Positions 21,401 to 29,211 of a stretch of 54,678 nucleotides of DNA are shown in pieces. A program made the translations under genes and the position numbers. The DNA lies in IMG/VR virus record IMGVR_UViG_3300012919_001792, positions 1 to 54,678 of that record; one strand, written 5' to 3'. Origin of the DNA: a virus. Its lineage: Duplodnaviria; Caudoviricetes. A model generated the notes under the pieces. That model had not been told where the DNA came from. It searched no databases and saw only the letters and a program-made list of their open reading frames with translations. Every line of letters starts with the position of its first letter. Position 1 is the first letter of the stretch.

Positions 21401-24400
21401 AGCAATATACTTAGTCCAACTGCTCAGGGTATTAAATGGCTTAATGCTACTGGCAAAGACAGTTTCATAGTTTCAAATCTTAGAGACAACACTCAAGAAA
21501 ACACAATATTACAAATCACTAACATCAGTAATATGGATAATCTTCATACTCATTGGACAAACATTACAGAAAATCAAACTCAGATTCCTGAATATTTTCA
21601 TAGAAGATTAAAAGACAGTTTGCGTGGCAACAATGAAGACCGAGCTACAAAAACTTTCAAAGGTCAATGGGTAAATGGTACATCATACAGCAAAGGCGAA
21701 ATTGTTTCAGTTGATGCACAGATTCCAGCTATAAAAGTTGCAGTGCAAGCCAAAGCGACTACTCATAGATTCTACAACAGAGGTAGTGGAAATGGCTACA
21801 CATTCAATGACAAGCAAGATGATACTGGTTTTATTCTAACACTACAACGTGGCAAGAGCTATATTTTTGATCAAAACAATGGAACAAACACTGCACATGG
21901 AATACTATTCAGCACTGACTTGGATGCAAAACATAGAGGTTTAAACTACTATGAACCTAATGCAAATCTAGTTACAAGTGATGAAGGCGTAATTTATATG
22001 TTGGATACTGTAGCAGTTACAGTTGATGCGTACAACACTGCAATAGGTAATGGTAGTAATACTCAGCACAAATCAGTAGTGTTTACGCCAAATGAAAACA
22101 CACCAAATAGAGTTTGGATTGGTTGTTGGAATCATAGATTAATGGGCAATGAAATATTGATTGTCAATGAAGAAAGAGATGAAACACCAAGTTACTACAT
22201 GAGTTTGATAGATAGCAACAACGGATATTATCCACAGGTTACCAAACGTGCTTGGCGTAGAATTTTCAATACAACCGAAGCTGATGAAGTTGAAGAAACT
22301 ATTTCAATACCGCAACCAAGACTAGTACCAGATTTGAATCTACACCCACTTGACAGAGTAGGTGAAGGCGTTAGACCAAGTAGAAGTTGGTTTCCTTATA
22401 AAAATATTAGCAGACGTGAAGTTGTAAGTCAAGTAAATAATTTGCTAATCAATACAAACTTGGTTGATGCAAAACCAAACTATAAAACACTTCTTGACAA
22501 AACAATTAGCATAGGTGCCAAAGATTATAAAGTAGGAGATTACTTTTTGAATGTTGATTGGTTTGCAGATACCTTTGATAAGTTTGTTATACCAAATAGA
22601 GAAGTAAATGAAATAACTCCTACACTTACAAGTGGCGATGCAGATCAATTGGTTGGACAGTATAATGGTGAATACGTTCTCGCAAAAAATGTTCTCCATG
22701 CAGATGGAATAGTAAGAGATAGCATTTATGAATATGATTTAGTCAATGCCAAATGGACAGCGGTATACAAAGAAAAAGGCACCATACAGTTAGATGATAG
22801 ACTTTGGGACAGTGTAGTTGGGCAAACAGGATTTGATAATCAAGGATTTGATAACAGTGGATTTGACAATGATCCTATACATGAATTTTCAGAAATTTTA
22901 GATGTGCTGAGAACCGGCATCCTAAGTGATGCAGATTACAACAAAGTATGGTTTGCTTCAATTTATGATGCAGTAAAAGAACTGCCAAATATAGATTGGA
23001 TTAAAAAGTCAACTTATATTATTCCAAAATTAAGTAAACAGGTTAATACTACCAAACGTATTGGTTACGATGCTGTTCCTATTATGGAAGATTATCTTAC
23101 ACAAAACAAACCATACACAACTAAATTTACAAGTGGTAGTCCATCTTACTTCCAAGATCAAAAAACAATAATGGATCAAGGTAGTGCAATTATTACTGAA
23201 CATGAACGTAAAATGTTGATCACGGAGAAAATACAAACTCATACAGAAAATGAATTTACAGAAAATCTAGGCGAGACTGCGGTTATTGTAAATACTCCAT
23301 TGCCTTTTGATGATGTAAGCATAGCTAGAACATATGGATCAAACACCTATACAGTTGAACGTAATCCTATTATTACAGCTTGGCAACACACATCAGGCGT
23401 TGTTGTTGATTATGCACATACCACACCAGAAACACAACATCTAAGTGATACACCAAATAGGGTAGAAGTATTAGCACAAGACATAGATCATGTTTACATA
23501 AGAACCTGTGGAATACCAGGAGCCTATGGAGGACCAGGATACAACGTTGCACCAAACAGTGAAACTCTAGTGCTTGATCAACGACCAAGTTATACTGGAG
23601 AAGTTAAATTCAATTGGAAACTACCTAAAGAACCTTGCCAAGCCACAACAACACAGGACAGAGGTGCAGGTCCTATTGCTGTAATGACAAATGGTGTTGC
23701 AATATTCTCACCTAGAGATTACGAACCATACACAACCAACAGCAACTATTATAGAAATGAAATGTACTTACGGCAGTACGAAATGGATCCAAATAACGGA
23801 ACCAGCGTAAGTTCAAAAGGAGATAATGCACCTGACGTGGCTGGCGTATACTATCATTATGATTATGCCGCCGAATATGCCAAGTCTGATAGTCCAACTC
23901 TGCACAGTGGTATAGTTGGTTGGGCATTGGATGGATATCCAATTTATGGTCCATATGGTTTTGCGAACGCAGATGGTTCAGGTGGTATTATTAAAATGAC
24001 ATCTGGTTATACACTGAAAACTGGATCAAGAACAGGACTTAACAATCCAGGTGGCACCTATGACGGAACATACACAGCAGATTATCATTATACAGGCGCT
24101 TCAACTCTAGATCAATACAATGGAAGATTTGCAGTGACACCAGAATATCCAGATGGAGTATATCATTATCATGTAACTCCGGGTGTGTATCCTTATGTAA
24201 TTGGTGATCAGTTTTATGGAGATAAAACTGGCACACACATTTATGACGGTACCACTGTCATACAACCATGGAAACCTTCTGTAATTAAAGACTATGACGC
24301 ACATGATGTTACAGCAGATGGCGGAGCATTTACTACAACTGATGCTAGTTACACCTTTATATACAACGGACAGAGTTTTATAAATCAATATGAAAAACGT

Positions 24401-26305
24401 GGATCAAGTCAATATTTTTCAGATTTCAATGAAGCATTAGATATTCGCGTACAAACAAACCCACAAGGCACAGTCACAGCAGGTGCAACTTATAGTGTAA
24501 ATTCTGAAGAAGCTAATCCAAGAGGAATCACATTCAACAACGACGGAACAAAAATGTTTATAGTTGGCACTTCTGGAGATGATGTAAATGAATACACTCT
24601 TTCAGTGGGATTTGATTTAACTTCTACAGTAACCTTTATAGACAGTTTTGCAGTTACGCAATGTCCAAATCCAACAGCCGTAAAATTTAATGCAGATGGT
24701 ACAAAAATGTTTGTTACTGGTGTAGGCAATAGTAATGTTCATGAGTATGCACTGTCATCTGGATTTGATGTGTCTACTGCAAGTTTTACTCAAACACTTG
24801 TAACCACTGTTGACAATGACAATTTTGGACTTGACTTTAAACCAGATGGTACAAAAATGTACATCACAGGAAATCAAAATGATAAGATATATGAATACAA
24901 TTTATCCAGTGCATTTGATATTTCAACTGCTACATTTAACCAAGATTTTAGCACACAACCGCATGACTTTGAACCATTTGGCATAGAATTCAGCCCTGAT
25001 GGAACAAAAATGTTTATAGTTGGCACAATACATAATGGTGTAGACTTGTATCATTTGTCTACAGGTTTTGATATATCAACTGCAACACACGTTGAATTTT
25101 ATTTCGTAGGTGGTAATCCTAGTGGTATACATATTTCACCTGATGGTTTAAATATGTTTGTTACAGGAAATAACAGTGACTTAGTAAAATCATATGCACT
25201 TTCGGCTCCGTATACATTTACAGGTGGCTATCCTACAGCAGATACTAGAAGCTTTATCTACTTTCAAAATAATGATTTGAATGTTCACAGTAGTGTTGTA
25301 GTAAACAACAACAAAGATACAACCAGCGGATCAACTACTGCTGATGCTAGTGAAATCTCAGTAGTTGATGTAAATAAATTTTATGATCCAAACGCAAAAT
25401 ACGAACAATACTACTATGGTAGTTTAGCAGACAACACACATGCAAAGTTTGGAACACACAGTATGAGATTCACAAACAATACTGACAGCGAATTATATGT
25501 TCCTAGTCTATCTACAATGCAGAATGGAGAAGTGCATTTTTGGATGTATATGGACAGTACTGCCACTGATGCAAGAATACTGACATCTAATCAGTGGGGA
25601 CTACGACGCAGTGCGGCTGGTACAATTGACGTAATAGATTCAGCAGGTGCAACACTAGGAATTGGAGCAACAGGATTAGATGATGGTGCATGGCATCATA
25701 TATCTATAATTTGCGATGGAACAAATCTTTCAATATCCAAGGATCAAAATACACCAGCAACAGCGTCAGTTACACAATTTGCTAATATAAGTGGTATACA
25801 ATTTGGTGCAACAACTAGATTGACTAGTACATACAGTGGAAGTGCCGCAGAGAATGTATGGATTGATCAAATGTGTATCAGAGCTACAGCAACTCATACA
25901 ACTGTAGTAGCGGCCGCTAATCCACCACTAGCTGACACTGGTTTAGTTTTAGAAAACTGGGAAATACCGCCTACAGGTCCATTTGCAGAAGGCGAATTCA
26001 TACAACCAGGTATTGTAACTATTGGAACAGAAAGAATACTTTATAGAGGCATTGACAAAACAAATAACAAATTACTTTTCTGCACACGAGGTGCAGAAGG
26101 AACAAGTGCAATAGCTCATAACAATGGATCAACAGTTATAGATTGTGGTCCTAACAATAAAATACCAGCACATAGACAAATATGGCAGTATGGAAACAGT
26201 TTAGGCTTTGCATACAATGATGTAGGTACTAGTTTAGCAAGTGGCTCTGGTACAAAAGAAGAAACAAAGTTTATTAGAAGTGCGTCACGAGGCGAACTAT
26301 TCTAA
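12419..26305 (+). CDS. Giant (4628 aa) mosaic virion/baseplate protein with CBM5/12-like motifs, cupredoxin-like, YHYH, beta-propeller and LamG-like modules
   Basis: Single uninterrupted ORF coupled to gp6 (TAATG). W..ST.Y..GD.V motifs, GVYYHY...GWALDGYPIYGPYG...GVYHYH, F.PDGTKMF repeats, LDDGAWHHI...WIDQMCI. Confidence 0.8.
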   Translation: MAEDYSTKNVKGQLPGNQPGKIRKVEKVKTNEYLPQYLNTPVNKKFLQSTLDAMISKSNLETVDNYVGKIKGGWYDDNKDFLIGTKDTDKRYYNGQPGYVVKDADNSIIDITTVDDFFINQKNVLGYTGPKPNTAIFNYTYSPPIDYDMFVNFTNYYWVKDDLPCINVKPSAPFDPDTMVGQTRFSLATSDLGTIDFLNGFKIKFAPNATQNFTGDNTTTAFTTTVNQSVYPLNIIIVNGTRQTTGFTYTGTTLTFSSAPATDAVIEVLHFNMSDINYYANTYIVNNVGRSIELLQLEDEQGRTILSRKMLYSPHQPSGFDMDPHDSHPYDYTQVENRLQDYVLMEPGSLDQNAWSRKNQWYHYNAIVSACTITGTELTSIANDETRARRPILQFEKDIILYNYGKQPGSGTEKFPLHKFNVDFVTKRFTGTDIIGQANYNLLQNVLAWSASTQYNIGDIVKKTVGTSSWYFEAKVPNIGQDPLDADLVVDTVNWQRVYDSGIQNGDRIIFIGTGNTTYDNKIFEVSGAGSSISLTQKLNPALNDKIHTIQGPNFPNNYNGADIVWHDDQWNFPQQKLSKGQAPLFDLYDENQAEIDTTYSNSDFEGSTLMNYVINSATTVDNELGFKAQYKTDAGSSELVFEHPLQSKRYNYDLNSTPKEIRGIYHYAKRTDSTTDAKLLYGPHRRQFNLNRTIYASETAIAPTSGVVTIPVGSDHIKKESSIWYFEYSSQGHWVVREQHQDNPIYIEQIPTRNPDIYMYAGQTATINKDYISTETDLSFVKELDGVTAAPGVTVTDNGDTLSVAIASSGYDPVFLYKATGAGSGASGKIYVVPEDTGYAGNLNSVIHHIHTVTKNGTRVENYTLGATTTTLTGLTKGDVIELRYLPTGDKQSTSQWSTGVHFKNNPLGQDLGQHTHADLRDHFSNKMTSLPGQYASSIGVSDYYLSSKDHQYGGTILSSSYNALPFYIKDDSKNVITHIRSMMNDYDRFKKQLVNKAQQVHNTNNFTTTRELFNETMRQLNIGKDSSFKYATSGMCHWSNATTETFTISDTTQVFTLANSESNDKIHTKSNDHVYVYLKDYDSTETRYIQKLLVRGKDYTLNGNQLTLDTSANLNNNVPAVLTVDHYSRWTNSFVPWTVSKLYFKPEIRPNRIGTTLLCHDGAQHTVDTTDNLHEPDKNLFHLETAILTELENRVYNGFAHTKNWFNSTEFYPRIEAIKEKYGAGDREHWVKGYRAVFDYWIESNNKAYPSLANTGVANFSNQTDANGVTLPGTQAEVLKYLTGTETPHTTPWEMLGYFEKPFFWDTYYDWRSTANGGSDAKRTQLLNDLKLGRKQNPAAPRPNGFKLYSVKIDIGSVVNDAGALVDIVTAGIVSAGDVTKDFVIGDGTSAEDEFKKSSAYNFAIVEAGLRNAPLTYWLEFDNPSAFDTISAGVDVAFINVMTRRIPTITDPVYGSMIANGTIDTISVTNQGSSYSSSPTVTITGDGSGATAEAIVVNNKIVDIKITAGGYGYTNAGVTITDTTGYFAEATVNLKYNQMYKTTGFQAMAWLYNTYNKTGIDLHARNQKTTSQPIINIEGYTSKNLIKVRTLGNSAKAPFVLQDNDLSIVLQKSATKVKFNFSAVKIKKVSAGYEVDGFEIDNKYFNYIQSLQGGTKTITQSGQSVTIYSNYDAQQDASEVAYGTTYNDLTELSNFLAGRTEYMKTKGLQTFEYDAVIREMLEWASSAAINDVHFAFGKKELLFKDSLDRFVDSVYTTNNTVLVEDRTETLLTRECGLSNLKATRNDEGAKIFTNDSSAMLRMTVHFVQYEHVLVLENKTLFNDDVHRPDIAMSFDTYKLEGRRTTSWTGAPTTDGYIVERGGIRNNFESSVREVEDDYFVIDSNAVNTEKRKIAQTSIGYNKPSWADTLPISEDNSFDYYRASIQTKGSKENLKALARHQEVVDPTTDSFEIDEQWLFKTSDFAANNRNYIEMEFNENLVKVNPQGVKIASDGNADSLLDDIITIQKNDKRLITPLATTNQFSLGNDYYHQDESTFSEFDSWLKNAGYPLTSEIDEQALTINDIPALYDSTKDYATILAWDDTTSYKQGDKVRYQDKVYQASVASTGFQTTTNPITWNGTVNNPVILPGNSLVIDGNTVNLVNTVTTTTLNNIVIDSVANPVVNGGDTLVIDGTSITFVKSSTTTSYPDFAVAGSTVNPTIVGSATKTLIIAGVTVSFDETEATTVNRDWTYCVGDQMTSASVSSVTAADRITAWTNLRASLQSVYGNATTRTKLDTYLNSSEAGFDTSVLVTEHGATSNATLQGHILTFLTQDVTIINEKAGTSYVTADVLNGSTPVNASDETTTQTAFNLSTYTDDIHNWLTNSANDSTVIAGGIIVMSEAGTQYKTYSASEIVSRITAASITNVTASLVSNQLTLTRGGRTASDKDLTIGAGTANAEVDNAGTTFPASGSITHTGTDTTTTSNTAQLTNADIVDQINTVGISNIGVVLNGNQIRLTKSPTSLSPTLTLDGTAISDLGGGFTIGIIPSTSTTSSASASLSVGLVAQKINDAGLTNVTAAVVNNRIVITSLNNSGIIANTQAALDLGINTNILGVTRNATTSTGVNTFNSSNWTEIDEPLLEYIWVADDNELGYTTIDSITAKFNGWNVFKVMDFDMYASKICAATTTGEGNDAEVQCNKAHNLQKGDIVLLLNTDCKPAIDGFHTVSGTDTASTAKFFINEYIDQDASFAKVLVLRPVRFSTDNQRNSALSSSSYNFAQLDRIWVDGTKDTGFKVYTKDDTATWTILRSQGDYHVSPTTIQSSKLHNNVTTIANAEAYDPFKGIVPGIADLEIDYRSINDPAIYTASTDTTAQVNQQQAWGSDHVGEVWWDTKKAIYIDYEQSTTEYRTQNWGKLFKGGQIDVYEWTKSDVAPDQYATSVEGGKVINGVELTGEALKIVDSFGNDIYYYTEVDEYDSTIGSNVTYYYFWVKNKTSIPLGTKRISSVLNIASNILSPTAQGIKWLNATGKDSFIVSNLRDNTQENTILQITNISNMDNLHTHWTNITENQTQIPEYFHRRLKDSLRGNNEDRATKTFKGQWVNGTSYSKGEIVSVDAQIPAIKVAVQAKATTHRFYNRGSGNGYTFNDKQDDTGFILTLQRGKSYIFDQNNGTNTAHGILFSTDLDAKHRGLNYYEPNANLVTSDEGVIYMLDTVAVTVDAYNTAIGNGSNTQHKSVVFTPNENTPNRVWIGCWNHRLMGNEILIVNEERDETPSYYMSLIDSNNGYYPQVTKRAWRRIFNTTEADEVEETISIPQPRLVPDLNLHPLDRVGEGVRPSRSWFPYKNISRREVVSQVNNLLINTNLVDAKPNYKTLLDKTISIGAKDYKVGDYFLNVDWFADTFDKFVIPNREVNEITPTLTSGDADQLVGQYNGEYVLAKNVLHADGIVRDSIYEYDLVNAKWTAVYKEKGTIQLDDRLWDSVVGQTGFDNQGFDNSGFDNDPIHEFSEILDVLRTGILSDADYNKVWFASIYDAVKELPNIDWIKKSTYIIPKLSKQVNTTKRIGYDAVPIMEDYLTQNKPYTTKFTSGSPSYFQDQKTIMDQGSAIITEHERKMLITEKIQTHTENEFTENLGETAVIVNTPLPFDDVSIARTYGSNTYTVERNPIITAWQHTSGVVVDYAHTTPETQHLSDTPNRVEVLAQDIDHVYIRTCGIPGAYGGPGYNVAPNSETLVLDQRPSYTGEVKFNWKLPKEPCQATTTQDRGAGPIAVMTNGVAIFSPRDYEPYTTNSNYYRNEMYLRQYEMDPNNGTSVSSKGDNAPDVAGVYYHYDYAAEYAKSDSPTLHSGIVGWALDGYPIYGPYGFANADGSGGIIKMTSGYTLKTGSRTGLNNPGGTYDGTYTADYHYTGASTLDQYNGRFAVTPEYPDGVYHYHVTPGVYPYVIGDQFYGDKTGTHIYDGTTVIQPWKPSVIKDYDAHDVTADGGAFTTTDASYTFIYNGQSFINQYEKRGSSQYFSDFNEALDIRVQTNPQGTVTAGATYSVNSEEANPRGITFNNDGTKMFIVGTSGDDVNEYTLSVGFDLTSTVTFIDSFAVTQCPNPTAVKFNADGTKMFVTGVGNSNVHEYALSSGFDVSTASFTQTLVTTVDNDNFGLDFKPDGTKMYITGNQNDKIYEYNLSSAFDISTATFNQDFSTQPHDFEPFGIEFSPDGTKMFIVGTIHNGVDLYHLSTGFDISTATHVEFYFVGGNPSGIHISPDGLNMFVTGNNSDLVKSYALSAPYTFTGGYPTADTRSFIYFQNNDLNVHSSVVVNNNKDTTSGSTTADASEISVVDVNKFYDPNAKYEQYYYGSLADNTHAKFGTHSMRFTNNTDSELYVPSLSTMQNGEVHFWMYMDSTATDARILTSNQWGLRRSAAGTIDVIDSAGATLGIGATGLDDGAWHHISIICDGTNLSISKDQNTPATASVTQFANISGIQFGATTRLTSTYSGSAAENVWIDQMCIRATATHTTVVAAANPPLADTGLVLENWEIPPTGPFAEGEFIQPGIVTIGTERILYRGIDKTNNKLLFCTRGAEGTSAIAHNNGSTVIDCGPNNKIPAHRQIWQYGNSLGFAYNDVGTSLASGSGTKEETKFIRSASRGELF
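24490..25210 (+). repeat. About 5 in-frame beta-propeller-like repeats (approximately 48 aa) within the giant protein
   Basis: FNNDGTKMFIVG / FNADGTKMFVTG / FKPDGTKMYITG / FSPDGTKMFIVG / ISPDGLNMFVTG, each followed by Y.LS..(FD.STA); the DNA word GGWACAAAAATGT recurs. Confidence 0.85.
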
Positions 26306-26320
26306 GGCTAAATACAATTA
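26306..26320 (+). promoter_or_regulatory. Putative late promoter, identical 15-mer to 2030-2044
   Basis: GGCTAAATACAATTA immediately after the giant-protein stop, 17 nt before the next ATG. Confidence 0.65.
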
Positions 26321-26337
26321 CGAATAGGTGTTAGGAA

Positions 26338-26931
26338 ATGTTTAAAGATAAAACAACAATAGAAATTGATGGGCATGTTTTAATTAAAGATCCTGATACA
26401 GATGAAATTCTGTTGGATCAACACAATGCCATCAATTTTGAGAATATGAGTCTAGCTTTGGTTAGATTGCTGGCGAATCAGCAAACTGCAAGCAATCATG
26501 ATTTTATTAATAAAATGCACTTCGGCAACGGAGGAAGCAGTGTAGATGGATCAGGTACTGTCACTTACCTATCACCTAACACCAACAGTGCAACTGGCGT
26601 TCTACACAATAAAACATTTGAAAAAATCGTAGACCCAAATGATGCAGGTGTTGATACTACTACAACTAACACTATGACAACAAGCCACACAGCTACAGAA
26701 CTATTCAGTGATTTGGTTGTGACATGTACACTAAACTACACAGAACCAGCTGGACAGGATACGCTAGATAATTCATCAAATCAAAATGGATCATTTATTT
26801 TTGATGAACTAGGATTGTATACAGCCACTGGTAATTTGTTAACACACATCATATTCCACCCTATTCAAAAATCGGCCAACAGGCAGATCCAAGTTATCTA
26901 TACTGTTAGAGTCAGAGCAGGAGCATTTTAA
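26338..26931 (+). CDS. Virion structural protein (baseplate/tail-fibre attachment-like)
   Basis: GHVLIKD...HNAI, MHFGNGG, FDELGLY...LLTHIIFHPIQKSANR.IQVIYTV; position between baseplate and fibre genes. Confidence 0.55.
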   Translation: MFKDKTTIEIDGHVLIKDPDTDEILLDQHNAINFENMSLALVRLLANQQTASNHDFINKMHFGNGGSSVDGSGTVTYLSPNTNSATGVLHNKTFEKIVDPNDAGVDTTTTNTMTTSHTATELFSDLVVTCTLNYTEPAGQDTLDNSSNQNGSFIFDELGLYTATGNLLTHIIFHPIQKSANRQIQVIYTVRVRAGAF

Positions 26932-28013
26932 TGGCATACAGCATTAACTATAATGATACCAGCTTAGAACCTACTCCGATTACGGTCGCAGACGCTACAG
27001 TAAACACGGAAACTAGTATTAAGTTGGTCGGAAAAAACTACACCAATTATGGTGAAGTATTCAATGAAAATTTTTTACGCTTACTAGAAAATTTTGCTAG
27101 TGAAACAGATGGTGATTCACCTGGAGCACCCGCAGGTGCAGTTAGAGGACAGTTATGGTATGACAGTACTGCTCATGCTGTAAAGTTCTATGACAACGCA
27201 CAATGGTATCCAATGGCTACGTTGAAAACTGGTACAGCATTACCAGTTGATGCATCAGAACCACATCAAGCAGGCGATTTATTTTTTCATACCAGCGAAG
27301 AACAACTTTATGTAAGTCAAGGTAGCAGTTGGTTGCCTATTTCCACTGGAGGTGCAACAAGTGTTAAAACCAGAACACGTTATGACACTGGCGGAACAAC
27401 TCACAAAACACTAGAATTTGTTGTGAACAGTGTAATTGTTGCTATTGTTGTCATGGATACCACAGCTTGGAACCCAATGGCGGCAGGTGCAAATACAGAA
27501 TATTTAGAAGATGGTGCTACACTTTTAAACACACAGTTTCCAACTTTACAAGCTGGTATTAACATGAACACAACCACGCAATACAAATTCCGTGGTATTG
27601 CAACAACGGCTGAATACGCCGACGTTGCTGAAAGATATCATGCGGACAAACCATATGATGCAGGTACGGTAGTCAAAATTGGTGGAGAGCATGAAATTAC
27701 AGAAACAGACGTAGCACTAGATTCAGAAGTTTTTGGTATTATATCAACACACCCAGGTGTAGAACTTAATGCTGGTGCTGGACCCGACGAAACACATCCA
27801 TTTGTTGCTATTGCAGGGCGAGTGCCTGTTAAAGTAATTGGACCAGTGCGTAAAGGTCAAAGATTAGTCACATCTGAAGAAAATGGTGTTGCTAGAGCAC
27901 CTCAAGATCATGAGGGTGAAGCAGACGATTGGTATAGAGTAGTTGGCCGTGCATTGGAAAACAAAGACACTGAAAGTGTTGGAATGGTAGAAGTAGTAGT
28001 CGGGAGAATGTAG
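26931..28013 (+). CDS. Tail fibre protein with C-terminal intramolecular chaperone/autoprotease-like domain
   Basis: LVGKNYTNYGEVFNENFLRLLENFA, GQLWYD; C-terminal YADVAERY...GTVV.IGG...VAIAGRVPVKV.GPVRKG.RLV. Confidence 0.7.
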   Translation: MAYSINYNDTSLEPTPITVADATVNTETSIKLVGKNYTNYGEVFNENFLRLLENFASETDGDSPGAPAGAVRGQLWYDSTAHAVKFYDNAQWYPMATLKTGTALPVDASEPHQAGDLFFHTSEEQLYVSQGSSWLPISTGGATSVKTRTRYDTGGTTHKTLEFVVNSVIVAIVVMDTTAWNPMAAGANTEYLEDGATLLNTQFPTLQAGINMNTTTQYKFRGIATTAEYADVAERYHADKPYDAGTVVKIGGEHEITETDVALDSEVFGIISTHPGVELNAGAGPDETHPFVAIAGRVPVKVIGPVRKGQRLVTSEENGVARAPQDHEGEADDWYRVVGRALENKDTESVGMVEVVVGRM

Positions 28014-29150
28014 GTGGCAATAGCCTCTGGAAATAATATTTCAGCAACAGATTTTAACACAGTCGTAGTTGCAGTTAACAAATACTGGGGTGATAATTAT
28101 CCTAGCTCAGCTGTTACTGACTCTGATAAAACCAATGCCAAATACGGTTGGGGACAAACTCACGCTCTCGAGCTTACAGGAAGTGATGACCGAGTTACTG
28201 CAAATGATCTTGTTGAAGCAAAGCATATCAATCAGCTGATTGCTAGAGCAAATGCAACAGGTTTACACCTAGGCCTAGGCACAAGTTTAAGTTATAAAAT
28301 TATAGGAAATACCGTTACACCCGCAGATGCTAATGCAGTCAATACAAGATTTAGTGCGGCCACAATTGACGCTTTAAATGATACTAGAAGCACAGCAATA
28401 CTAGGACAACACACAGTTGGTAGCGGAAACACAACTTCATCAACACTTGGAACAATATCACGAACCAGCACATGGGCAGAAATTCTAGTATCTGAACAAA
28501 CTATATCTTTTACAAACTATGCACACGCTAGATATTTTTTTAATAGTGGTGGTGGTATTAGTCTTGTTTGGGATATCACAGGTGGTTCTGGCACAGAAAC
28601 TGCAAACTGGGACGCTAACCTGGCAGGAATGGGTACAATTATATTTTTAGCAGATGATGTAGTCAACAGTGGTACTGGCGGATATAGCACGCCTAATGTT
28701 GGCTTTTATGGTCTAACTACAAGTTATCAATTAATGTACAGTTATAGTTTTGGTGATGGTGTAGGATCTGGTTATATGAGTTCAGCTTACTTTAGCGGTG
28801 GTGACGTCAATGCATATCTAGGCGGTGGAGCATATCAACGTGGTGGATATTTAAAAGCCGCGGCTAGCGGTTCATATGCTGGAACATACGCTATCAATAG
28901 AATCTCAGTATACGGCAAGTATAGTAACAATGGAGAAGTAATACATCTCAAATGCTATTTGCAAACACCAGATGATGCAACACCAATCAACGGAACACTT
29001 TCACAAACACTAGGATACATTTCACCAAATAATCAAGTAGGTAGTGGTGGAACTGGTGCGGCGGCGGCCAGCACTACATTTTCTATCAACAGCTATAAAC
29101 CTACAGGCCACGTATTCACTAATGATTTTAGTAGTGGCGATGACAGATAA
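28014..29150 (+). CDS. Putative tail fibre/adhesin structural protein (GTG start)
   Basis: Gly/Ser/Thr-rich; ISATDFN, YGWGQ, ARYFFNSGG motifs; Gly-Tyr-rich internal segment; directly follows the fibre gene. Confidence 0.55.
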   Translation: MAIASGNNISATDFNTVVVAVNKYWGDNYPSSAVTDSDKTNAKYGWGQTHALELTGSDDRVTANDLVEAKHINQLIARANATGLHLGLGTSLSYKIIGNTVTPADANAVNTRFSAATIDALNDTRSTAILGQHTVGSGNTTSSTLGTISRTSTWAEILVSEQTISFTNYAHARYFFNSGGGISLVWDITGGSGTETANWDANLAGMGTIIFLADDVVNSGTGGYSTPNVGFYGLTTSYQLMYSYSFGDGVGSGYMSSAYFSGGDVNAYLGGGAYQRGGYLKAAASGSYAGTYAINRISVYGKYSNNGEVIHLKCYLQTPDDATPINGTLSQTLGYISPNNQVGSGGTGAAAASTTFSINSYKPTGHVFTNDFSSGDDR

Positions 29151-29155
29151 TCTAC

Positions 29156-29184
29156 TTGACAACAGAGATATATAAGTATATAAT
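29156..29184 (+). promoter_or_regulatory. Perfect-consensus sigma70 promoter with an embedded late-like TATAAGTA
   Basis: TTGACA (29156-29161), 17 nt, TATAAT (29179-29184); TATAAGTA at 29171-29178; AAGGAG SD before ATG 29212. Confidence 0.85.
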
Positions 29185-29211
29185 GAACATGCAAACTCCA
29201 AGGAGAAAGCT

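Noticed and set aside
22829-22870. GGATTTGATAA-type short tandem repeat as a regulatory site
   Set aside because: It encodes the peptide repeat GFDNQGFDNSGFDN inside the giant protein.
24490-25210. DNA repeats spaced about 140 bp apart, considered as a CRISPR-like array
   Set aside because: In-frame, degenerate at third codon positions and encoding beta-propeller blades; no cas genes.
12419-29150. Intein, intron or diversity-generating retroelement target in the giant protein or fibres
   Set aside because: No intein splice or LAGLIDADG motifs, no reverse transcriptase and no template/variable repeat pair seen in the window.
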